DNA of 64,000 nt from an uncultured Bacteroidota bacterium (GTDB taxonomy: Bacteria; Bacteroidota; Bacteroidia; Chitinophagales; Chitinophagaceae), in the NCBI GenBank assembly GCA_902826165.1, contig CADEDV010000006.1, forward strand, positions 10,270 through 74,269. Reading direction: 5' to 3'. Below the pieces are notes generated by a model, which searched no databases, was not told the origin of the DNA, and saw only the letters and a program-made list of their open reading frames with translations. A program made the translations under genes and the position numbers. Below are positions 56,669 to 64,000 of the stretch, piece by piece. Positions within the stretch are counted from its first letter, which is position 1. Each line of letters starts with the position of its first letter.

Positions 56669-57622
56669 ATGAAACAAGCAATAACTAAAATAACCAGCCC
56701 GGGATTGACCAGGCAACTGTTATTATTTGCAGGAGTCATTTTGTGTTTATTGTCTGCAGCCCCGGCTATTGCGCAAGCTGACAGCACTGCACAACAACCC
56801 GCAGCAGAAGCTCCTGTTGCTGAAGAAGAAGAACTGATATCACCATCTGTTGAATTGATCAGTATTCAGAAAGCTGATAAATCTGTTGATCTTAAGATAG
56901 CCGTTAAAGCAAAGATTGAGAAAAAGATGCGGAAAATGTACGGCCTTAAGGTCAATGTTTTCCAGGTCACTGACTCTGCAGAACAGGAACTCGGCTCTGT
57001 AATTACCGACAGGAATGGCCTGGCTGTTTTTACTGTAAAACCAGAACAAGTTGTTGCTAACGCAGAAGGAATGCTTCATTTCAAAGCAGTACTGGGTCCT
57101 GTTAAAAAAATGGAAAGTACGGAAGGAGAAGTAACTGTGAAAAGAGCATTGCTCACCATCACCCCGGTAAAAGAAGATTCATTGTATTCTGTACAAGTAA
57201 AACTGGTTGATCTTGCTACGGGTGAAGAAACTCCTGTTCCTGAAGCAGCCCTTGGTATTTTTGTTAAACGTTCCTTCAACCCGTTAAAAATCGGGGAGAT
57301 TACCACCGATGAGAATGGTGAAGGCAGTTCTGAAATAGCTAATAATCTGCCCGGTGATGCCAAAGGAAATATCACCCTGCTGGCCCGGCTGGATGAAAAT
57401 GAAACGTATGGTAACCTGGAAGCTGCCGTTGTTCAGCAATGGGGCTTGCCTGTATCGGATAAAATTGAAGATCAGCCAAGAGCTTTATGGAGCTCACATC
57501 CTCCATTGTGGATGTTGATCACTTTTATTATCTTAATGCTGGCTGTGTGGGGACACTATATTGTGATTGTTTACGAATTATTCAGGTTAAGAAAAGAACA
57601 GCCGCATGCAACCAACGTATAG
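56669..57622 (+). CDS. exported repeat protein with a C-terminal TM anchor (Ig/CarboxypepD_reg-like repeats)
   Basis: Signal peptide, acidic linker, and about three beta-rich repeats (TDRNGLAVFTV, TDENGEGSSEI). Terminal TM is HPPLWMLITFIILMLAVWGHYIVIVY. Confidence 0.5.
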   Translation: MKQAITKITSPGLTRQLLLFAGVILCLLSAAPAIAQADSTAQQPAAEAPVAEEEELISPSVELISIQKADKSVDLKIAVKAKIEKKMRKMYGLKVNVFQVTDSAEQELGSVITDRNGLAVFTVKPEQVVANAEGMLHFKAVLGPVKKMESTEGEVTVKRALLTITPVKEDSLYSVQVKLVDLATGEETPVPEAALGIFVKRSFNPLKIGEITTDENGEGSSEIANNLPGDAKGNITLLARLDENETYGNLEAAVVQQWGLPVSDKIEDQPRALWSSHPPLWMLITFIILMLAVWGHYIVIVYELFRLRKEQPHATNV

Positions 57623-57653
57623 TATAACTCTATCTATTTAATAAGCAAAATCA

Positions 57654-58064
57654 ATGAAAATGAAAAAGAATGTAATTGTTATGATAGCTGGCCTATTTGC
57701 TATCGGTTTACTGGCCTTTGTGCCCAAAAACAACACACAGGACCCCTGGCCTGTTCCTGATGCAGCCAAAAACAAAACCAACCCGCTGAAAGGAAATGCA
57801 GAATCTGTTGCAGATGGAAAAACACTCTATAACCAGCATTGCAAATCCTGCCATGGTACAAAAGGTAAAGGTGATGGCCCTAAAGCTTCCCAGTTAGATA
57901 CGGATTGCGGCGATTTTACAAAAGCTTCCTTCCAGTCGCAAACCGACGGAGCCCTTTTCTATAAGACATTTGAAGGACGTAAAGACATGCCTGCCTACAA
58001 AAAGAAAATTCCTGATGCAAATGACATCTGGGCAATCGTAAATTATATGAGGACCTTGAAATAA
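57654..58064 (+). CDS. class I monoheme c-type cytochrome
   Basis: Signal/anchor peptide, canonical CKSCHG heme motif and a distal Met candidate (RKDMPAY). 136 aa. Confidence 0.85.
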   Translation: MKMKKNVIVMIAGLFAIGLLAFVPKNNTQDPWPVPDAAKNKTNPLKGNAESVADGKTLYNQHCKSCHGTKGKGDGPKASQLDTDCGDFTKASFQSQTDGALFYKTFEGRKDMPAYKKKIPDANDIWAIVNYMRTLK

Positions 58065-58082
58065 ATAATTGTTTCAGTTATT

Positions 58083-58110
58083 AAAACCACTCCACGGAGT
58101 GGTTTTTTTA
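58083..58110 (+). terminator. intrinsic terminator after the cytochrome c gene
   Basis: Stem aaaccact(c)/(g)agtggttt followed by ttttttatt. Confidence 0.8.
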
Positions 58111-58197
58111 TTATTCCTGTACCTGCCGCTGACCGTATATATATTTTTGTATGCTGCTAATGGTCACAGCCACTACATTTATACCCGGCTATCATTT

Positions 58198-59046
58198 ATG
58201 CAGCATATTGAATTTTTTCATACCGACCACTTCGAAACAAACTACCACCGGGTGCCGCCACCGGCTGCGCTCAACCATTTCATTGATTTTTTCTGGGAAA
58301 CCAAATTTGGTCCGTTGTGGAAAGAATATCCTAAAGGTTTTTCCGATGCACAGTTTCCGAATATCGGTTACACCTATATCATTAACCTGGGTACCCCTTT
58401 CATTATGCAGGTGGCTGATAAGAAATTCAGCATGAAGACCGATTGTTTTTTACCCCGGTATAATGCCATTGAATGTTTTCATAAACCAGGCAATCATTTA
58501 TTCGGTATCAAGTTCCGTGTTTCCCCGGTACTCTACGAGAAGAAGATCAACTTTGCAGAATATAAAAGTTATATTTTTCCTCTCAGTTATTTACTGGATC
58601 ACCTTATCATTAATAAGATCAAAAAAGCCAGCTCCTTTACTGAAAGAATGGTTATTGTGTCTGATTATTTTACCAGCCTGCTGCATAAACAGGAGGGCTC
58701 TTTACAACAGGTCAATATTGTCAGTAGCATTATGGAACGTTGCATCCGGGAAAATGATTTTACGGTTTCATTAGAAAAATTAGCCGCCCGCCACAATATA
58801 TCGGTTCGTACCCTGCAACGTTATTTTGAGACCTGTACCGGCATCAGCACCAAGCAGGCTTTGCAGGTGATGCGGATCCGCAAAGCCACTGCTCATCTTG
58901 CCGGTTCACCCGGTGATTTTCATTATTCTTTATACAATTATTACGACCATAGTCATTTTTATAAACACCTGAAACAATTCCTGCAAAAAAATACATTGAA
59001 GAACCTGCAGCCGCACCTGGAATTGTTGAAAACATTGCATCGTTGA
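58198..59046 (+). CDS. AraC-family transcriptional regulator
   Basis: C-terminal double HTH (ISVRTLQRYFETCTGISTKQALQVMRIRKA). The ATG at 58198 lies downstream of the terminator, and the ORF-track start 58069 would include that terminator. Confidence 0.8.
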   Translation: MQHIEFFHTDHFETNYHRVPPPAALNHFIDFFWETKFGPLWKEYPKGFSDAQFPNIGYTYIINLGTPFIMQVADKKFSMKTDCFLPRYNAIECFHKPGNHLFGIKFRVSPVLYEKKINFAEYKSYIFPLSYLLDHLIINKIKKASSFTERMVIVSDYFTSLLHKQEGSLQQVNIVSSIMERCIRENDFTVSLEKLAARHNISVRTLQRYFETCTGISTKQALQVMRIRKATAHLAGSPGDFHYSLYNYYDHSHFYKHLKQFLQKNTLKNLQPHLELLKTLHR

Positions 59047-59122
59047 ATTTTTTCCGTCAGGCAGTTTCCCCGAACAAGATCCCTGTAATAGCTGTTCAAT
59101 AAATGTCCTATTTTAGACGTCT

Positions 59123-60721
59123 ATGCTGCAGGATAATATCTTACTCGTCATTTCCTTGTTTTTCGGGATCGCTTTTCTCGTGATGCTGAGCGAAAAACTG
59201 AAGATATCTTACCCGATACTATTGGTCATCAGCGGATTACTGATCAGCTTAGTACCGGGTATCCCATCTATCAGTTTACATCCTGATCTTGTTTTCCTGA
59301 TCTTTTTGCCGCCATTGCTGTATGCAGCAGCCTGGAATACTTCCTGGAGTGATTTCTGGAAGATGAAACGGCCCATTAGCCTGCTGGCTTTCGGGCTGGT
59401 GATCTTTACTTCAGCTGCAGTAGCATTTGTATCCAATGCGATCATTCCTGATTTTCCATTAGCCTACGGCTTTTTATTAGGCGGTATTATTTCACCACCA
59501 GATGCTGTTGCCGCCACCTCTGTATTACAGGGATTAAAAGTGCCCAAAAGGGTAGTCGCTATTTTAGAAGGCGAAAGCCTGGTGAATGATGCATCCAGTT
59601 TGATCGTATTTCGTTTTGCATTGGCAGCCATCATCACCGGCCAGTTTCATTTAGGAGAAGCGGCACAGAATTTTGCGCTTGTGGTGTTCATGGGCATTGC
59701 TATTGGCCTGGCCATAGCTTATATCGTTTACATTATTCATCGTTTTTTTCCCACCACAGCCAGCATTGATGCAGCACTGACGCTTATCACTCCTTATATT
59801 ATGTATGTCGCAGCAGAACATTTTCATTTCTCCGGTGTCTTATCCGTTGTAAGTGGGGGCCTGTTTCTTTCCTTCCGTTCCAATGAAATGTTCACCTATG
59901 AATCCCGTTTATCCATTAACGGGCTTTGGGACACCCTGGTATTCCTGCTGAATGGATTTGTATTTATCCTGATCGGCCTGCAACTGCCGGTTATTGTTGA
60001 TGGTTTGGGTAATTATTCCACCGGTGAAGCTATTTTGTATGCCGTGATCATCAGCTTGCTCACCATCGTCATCCGTATCATCTGGGTATTTCCCGGTGCG
60101 TATATACCAAGATGGTTATTTAAAAGTATCCGTACTAACGAAGGGCCCCTCAACTGGAAAACAGTTTTCTTAGTAGCCTGGAGTGGCATGCGGGGTGTTG
60201 TTTCACTTGCCTCTGCACTGGCGGTGCCATTGACCTTATCCGGTAATGAAGCGTTTCCGCACCGTAACCTGATCCTCTTTATTACATTTATCGTAATACT
60301 GTTTACATTGGTATTACAGGGATTGAGCCTGAAACCTTTGATCCGCATTTTAAAGATCGAAGTAAATGAAAAAGAATCTGAAAAATTACAGGGACTGGCA
60401 TTAAGGATCCGGCTGGCCGAATCAGTGCTTTCCTATTTAGATACCAATTACCCGGAAGAGACACAAAATCATGACACCTATAAACGGGTGCGGGACCGCT
60501 ACGAAAGAATGATAGAGATCACCAAACGAAAGCTCGAAACAGATGAAGCAGAAGATGAAGAAGCTTCTTTTTTACCTCATTACCGGCAAATGCTGTTAGA
60601 GCTGGTCCATATCAGGCGGAGAGAATTGAACTATGTGCGGCACAAAGGTGAATACAGTGAAGAGCTGATACGGGACCGTGAATGGGAACTTGACCTGGAA
60701 GAAGCAAGATTGAATGGATAA
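59123..60721 (+). CDS. Na+/H+ antiporter (CPA1/NhaP-type) with a cytoplasmic helical tail
   Basis: 532 aa with about 12 TM helices. Motifs GGIISPPDAVAA and ESLVNDA are typical of the CPA1 family. Confidence 0.9.
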   Translation: MLQDNILLVISLFFGIAFLVMLSEKLKISYPILLVISGLLISLVPGIPSISLHPDLVFLIFLPPLLYAAAWNTSWSDFWKMKRPISLLAFGLVIFTSAAVAFVSNAIIPDFPLAYGFLLGGIISPPDAVAATSVLQGLKVPKRVVAILEGESLVNDASSLIVFRFALAAIITGQFHLGEAAQNFALVVFMGIAIGLAIAYIVYIIHRFFPTTASIDAALTLITPYIMYVAAEHFHFSGVLSVVSGGLFLSFRSNEMFTYESRLSINGLWDTLVFLLNGFVFILIGLQLPVIVDGLGNYSTGEAILYAVIISLLTIVIRIIWVFPGAYIPRWLFKSIRTNEGPLNWKTVFLVAWSGMRGVVSLASALAVPLTLSGNEAFPHRNLILFITFIVILFTLVLQGLSLKPLIRILKIEVNEKESEKLQGLALRIRLAESVLSYLDTNYPEETQNHDTYKRVRDRYERMIEITKRKLETDEAEDEEASFLPHYRQMLLELVHIRRRELNYVRHKGEYSEELIRDREWELDLEEARLNG

Positions 60722-60732
60722 CACAAATAAAA

Positions 60733-60768
60733 AAACGTCATCACTACACAGCGATGACGTTTTTTTAT
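60733..60768. terminator. bidirectional hairpin terminator
   Basis: Stem acgtcatc/gatgacgt flanked by aaaaaa and ttttttt, between convergent genes. Confidence 0.8.
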
Positions 60769-60783
60769 TCCCTACTATTATAA

Positions 60784-61683
60784 TTATCCGCCGTTACCGT
60801 TTGGTTCCAGCAGTTTGAAGAACTGGTCAAGCTGCGGCAGGATCACAATTCTTGTTCTGCGGTTAGCTGCTTTGCCTGCTTTCGTACTGTTATCAGCAAC
60901 CGGTTTATATTCTCCTCGACCGGCTGCGGCCATCTTAGCCGGATCAAGGCCATATTGCTTTTGCAACATTTTTACAATCGTGGTAGCTCTTTTCACACTC
61001 AGGTCCCAGTTGTCAGCTAATACACCGCCGCCAACATACGGTACATTATCGGTATGACCTTCCACCATAAACTCTATATCAGGCTGGTTCTTTAATACTG
61101 CTGCTACTTTTCCCAATACCGTTTTTGCCTGGCTGGTTACTTCATATTTACCGCTTTTGAAAAGCAGCTTGTCAGAAATATCAATATATACCACCCCTTT
61201 ATCTACTTTGATATTGATATCCTCGTCATCCATATTGCCAACAGCCCCCTTCAGGTTCATCACCAATGCCATATTCAATGAATCTTTATGTGCCATTTGC
61301 TGCTGCAGGGTTTGTATATAAGCATCCTTAGCGCCGATATTTTCCATGGATTTCCTGATACTTTCCGCCTGTGAAGTGGAGATCACCGAAAGATCTTCAA
61401 GCTGCTTTAGTGCAGACGTATTATTCGCTTTCAGGAAATCAACTTGCTTATTCAGGTCACTGATCTTGTTATTGAGGCTGGCATTATCGCCTTCCAATGT
61501 TGTTTTTTGCCGGCCTAATTCTGCTTTAGCATCATTACAATTGTTCAGGTCGCCCTGCAACTGCGTTTGTTTGGATTGCAGGGATTGTATTTCTGCCTGT
61601 GCTGTTTTGAATTTCTTACTGCTGACACAGGAGAATAATAACAGGGAGGAAGCCGTGGCTACCATTACCAGGTTTAATTTCAT
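60784..61683 (-). CDS. OmpA/MotB-domain lipoprotein with an N-terminal coiled coil
   Basis: Lipobox LLLFSC, about 100 aa of heptad-like Q/L/N-rich sequence, and a C-terminal OmpA_C domain (VEGHTDNVP, NWDLSVKRA, NRRTRIVI). Confidence 0.85.
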   Translation of the reverse strand: MKLNLVMVATASSLLLFSCVSSKKFKTAQAEIQSLQSKQTQLQGDLNNCNDAKAELGRQKTTLEGDNASLNNKISDLNKQVDFLKANNTSALKQLEDLSVISTSQAESIRKSMENIGAKDAYIQTLQQQMAHKDSLNMALVMNLKGAVGNMDDEDINIKVDKGVVYIDISDKLLFKSGKYEVTSQAKTVLGKVAAVLKNQPDIEFMVEGHTDNVPYVGGGVLADNWDLSVKRATTIVKMLQKQYGLDPAKMAAAGRGEYKPVADNSTKAGKAANRRTRIVILPQLDQFFKLLEPNGNGG

Positions 61684-61883
61684 ACAACTTACTTTAAGTG
61701 AAAGAATGGTTTTAGTAAATTACGTTTTACTGCCTTAACAGGGATCAAAGTTAAATCGCCCTGCAGTTTTTTCCGCTGGCAGTTTGTTAATTATTTTATC
61801 CGTAAAATCATGCTGTCTCCTGCAGAGCAGATTAGTTTTTAATTAAAATCGGCCAGCTTCCCGGCAATTCTTATTTTTAATCC

Positions 61884-63110
61884 ATGGCAACAAATCGTAA
61901 AGCGGCGATCGGGTTTATTTTTATAACCCTGTTGGTGGATGTAATGGGATGGGGCCTGATCATCCCGGTGATGCCCAAGCTGATTGCCGAGCTGAAAAAC
62001 ATTTCCATTAATGAAGCCAGTGCCTATGGTGGTTTACTGCTTTCTTCTTTTGCCATCACCCAGTTCTTATTTGCACCGGTTATCGGTAACCTGAGTGATA
62101 AATATGGACGAAGACCTGTACTCCTTTTTTCATTATTGGGTTTTGGTATTGATTATATCATCTTAGCCTTAGCCCCCAACTACGGATGGTTATTCGTGGG
62201 CCGGGTGATTGCCGGCATCACAGGTGCCAGCTTTACTACCGCAGCTGCTTATATTGCTGACATCAGTACAGCCGAAACAAGAACCAAAAATTTTGGAATG
62301 ATAGGTGCCGCATTCGGGCTTGGTTTTGTAATTGGCCCTGCACTGGGCGGGCTGCTGGCCGGTTTAGGTACCCGGGCTCCTTTCTATGCCGCAGCTACTT
62401 TGTGTTTGCTCAATACACTGTATGGTTATTTCGTATTACCCGAATCCCTGCCCAAAGAAAACCGCCGGGCTTTTGAATGGAAAAAAGCAAATCCCTTTGG
62501 TTCCCTGCAATTTTTACGACATACCCCCGGCATTGGTAAAATGGCATTATGCTTTTTCCTGATCTACCTCGCCTCACAGGCAGTACAGGGCAACTGGAGT
62601 TTCTTCACCATCCATCGCTTCGGCTGGAAAGAAAGTATGGTGGGTATTTCGCTGGCTGTTGTTGGCGTATTAGTGGGTGCTGTCCAGGCAGGATTGACGA
62701 GAGTGATCAATCCTAAGATTGGTAACACCAATAGTATTTATGCCGGGTTACTTTTATATACTCTCGGCCTGCTCTTATTTGCTTTCGCTTCGCAAACCTG
62801 GATGATGTTTGCCTTCCTTATTCCTTATTGTTTGGGTGGTATTGCTAATCCTTCCCTGCAGGCTACGATTGCCACGTATGTGGCCCCGAACCAGCAGGGA
62901 CAATTGCAGGGGGCATTGACGAGCCTGATGAGCCTAAGCACCATCATCGGGCCGCTGATCATGAATAATCTCTTCACTTACTTCACCAGCGATAAGGCCC
63001 CGTTTTATTTCCCCGGTGTGTCATTTCTCCTCGGTGCACTGTTTATGCTGACCAGTGCTGTAATTGCATTTCTTATTCTGCATAAGAAAAAGGATCCCGT
63101 TGCGGCATAA
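61884..63110 (+). CDS. MFS transporter (TCR/TetA-like, 12 TM)
   Basis: Motif A GNLSDKYGRRPV and motif C-like GPALGGLL. 408 aa. Confidence 0.85.
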   Translation: MATNRKAAIGFIFITLLVDVMGWGLIIPVMPKLIAELKNISINEASAYGGLLLSSFAITQFLFAPVIGNLSDKYGRRPVLLFSLLGFGIDYIILALAPNYGWLFVGRVIAGITGASFTTAAAYIADISTAETRTKNFGMIGAAFGLGFVIGPALGGLLAGLGTRAPFYAAATLCLLNTLYGYFVLPESLPKENRRAFEWKKANPFGSLQFLRHTPGIGKMALCFFLIYLASQAVQGNWSFFTIHRFGWKESMVGISLAVVGVLVGAVQAGLTRVINPKIGNTNSIYAGLLLYTLGLLLFAFASQTWMMFAFLIPYCLGGIANPSLQATIATYVAPNQQGQLQGALTSLMSLSTIIGPLIMNNLFTYFTSDKAPFYFPGVSFLLGALFMLTSAVIAFLILHKKKDPVAA

Positions 63111-63302
63111 AGCCGGATTGTCAGCCCGGCGTCAGCTGGCCCCTGTTTTACTAATTAAAATCATACAAACGGGTGACCATAAGCAGCACTTTAGATAAAG
63201 CAATTTTCCACTTTTACAGTACTGAAATGATCGTTCAATAATTCAGTTCTAACGGTTGCCCGCCCTTTTTGTAAATTCCTTTTCTATTTAAAGAATTATT
63301 TT

Positions 63303-64000
63303 ATGTTACAACAATCCAACTTTTTTGCAGTGGAAGCTGCACCCGCACGGGCAGAACTCGAAACATGGGTCAAGCAAATTGCCGCTTTATGTGAAGCCGA
63401 TTCCGTTCACTGGTGTGATGGCTCCCAACAAGAATATGATGCGCTTTGCCAGCTCCTGGTGAAGAAAGGAACATTTATTGCCCTGAACCCGGAAAAACGT
63501 CCGAACAGCTTTGCCTGTTTCAGTGATCCAAGCGATGTGGCCAGGGTAGAAGATAAAACCTTTATCTGCAGCCGTCGTAAAGAAGACTCCGGTCCCACCA
63601 ACAACTGGATGGCCCCGGATGATATGAAAAAGAAACTCCATGTTCTGCTGACCGGCAGCATGAAAGGCCGCATTTTATATGTGATACCTTTCTGTATGGG
63701 ACCTTTAGGTTCTCCCTTTGCCCGTTATGGAGTACAGATCACCGATTCAGAATATGTAGCAGTAAATATGCGCATCATGACCCGTATGGGACAAGATGTG
63801 TTACCTTACCTGCATAAAAAGAGCTATGTAAAATGCCTGCATACAGTTGGGGCTCCTTTGCAAGGCAGTCAAAAAGACAACAGCTGGCCTTGTAACCCTG
63901 ATGTAAAATATATTTCTCATTTCCCCGAAGAAAGACTCATCATTTCTTACGGTAGCGGGTATGGTGGTAATGCATTGATGGGTAAAAAATGTTTTGCGCT
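63303..64000 (+). CDS. pckG: phosphoenolpyruvate carboxykinase (GTP), 5' partial
   Basis: Not in the ORF track because no stop falls in the window. My translation from ATG 63303 gives ...[14 protein letters not shown]...GPTNNWMAP...[13 protein letters not shown]...[18 protein letters not shown], which are hallmark GTP-PEPCK motifs. It runs off the window end. Confidence 0.93.
   Translation, partial: MLQQSNFFAVEAAPARAELETWVKQIAALCEADSVHWCDGSQQEYDALCQLLVKKGTFIALNPEKRPNSFACFSDPSDVARVEDKTFICSRRKEDSGPTNNWMAPDDMKKKLHVLLTGSMKGRILYVIPFCMGPLGSPFARYGVQITDSEYVAVNMRIMTRMGQDVLPYLHKKSYVKCLHTVGAPLQGSQKDNSWPCNPDVKYISHFPEERLIISYGSGYGGNALMGKKCFA

Noticed and set aside
58069-58197. N-terminal extension of the AraC ORF (TTG start at 58069)
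   Set aside because: The extension contains the strong terminator hairpin of the cytochrome c gene (58083-58110). The ATG at 58198 gives a normal AraC-family length.
1-64000. Search for rRNA, tRNA, CRISPR arrays, IS elements, transposases, integrases, or prophage or defence-island signatures
   Set aside because: I saw no cloverleaf-like or rRNA-like segments and no regularly spaced repeats. No ORF carries DDE/tyrosine-recombinase-type motifs or phage structural motifs. Intergenic regions are short, the largest being 439 bp. This was done by eye only, so tRNAscan, Infernal and defence-finder scans would be decisive.

Overview
This 64 kb window looks like ordinary chromosome from a Bacteroidota genome. 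A Chitinophagia/Sphingobacteriia-like origin is my inference from protein families, AQ/AQQ-type signal-peptide ends and TAnnTTTG-like promoter boxes. It is densely coding, with about 60 credible CDS. I found no rRNA, tRNA, CRISPR array, transposase or integrase by eye. Housekeeping anchors are recA, mgsA, uvrB, polA, a UvrD/PcrA-type helicase and the 5' part of GTP-dependent PEP carboxykinase, which is open at the window end. Between these anchors lie envelope and accessory modules:
- an MBOAT/DHHW acyltransferase pair
- two paralogous LytS-type kinase/LytTR regulator pairs
- an ECF sigma/anti-sigma/Spy-like module next to a TonB-receptor-like barrel
- a SCO-Fur operon divergent from a MerC-like gene
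- a run of small stress-type genes
- a twin beta-propeller operon

The best candidate for an undescribed system is the divergent cluster at about 50.9-59.0 kb. On one side it encodes a Tat-exported NrfC-like 4x[4Fe-4S] protein, an NrfD-like quinone-interacting membrane protein, a membrane-anchored repeat protein and a monoheme cytochrome c, with no catalytic molybdopterin or multiheme subunit. On the other side it encodes a small outer-membrane beta-barrel and two lipoproteins. Those lipoproteins are built from Planctomycete-cytochrome-c-like domains in which the heme motif is C-x4-CH or C-x-CH rather than CXXCH. Nested inverted repeats sit in the shared promoter region and an AraC regulator lies at the end.

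Other points worth a second look:
- an RnfD/NqrB-like membrane domain in frame with a DUF2330-like exported domain
- a lipoprotein gene interrupted by a single in-frame TGA
- a 439-bp gene-free region with a triplicated 12-nt motif and a terminator-like hairpin

All functional calls rest on motif recognition from the translations. No database search was run.
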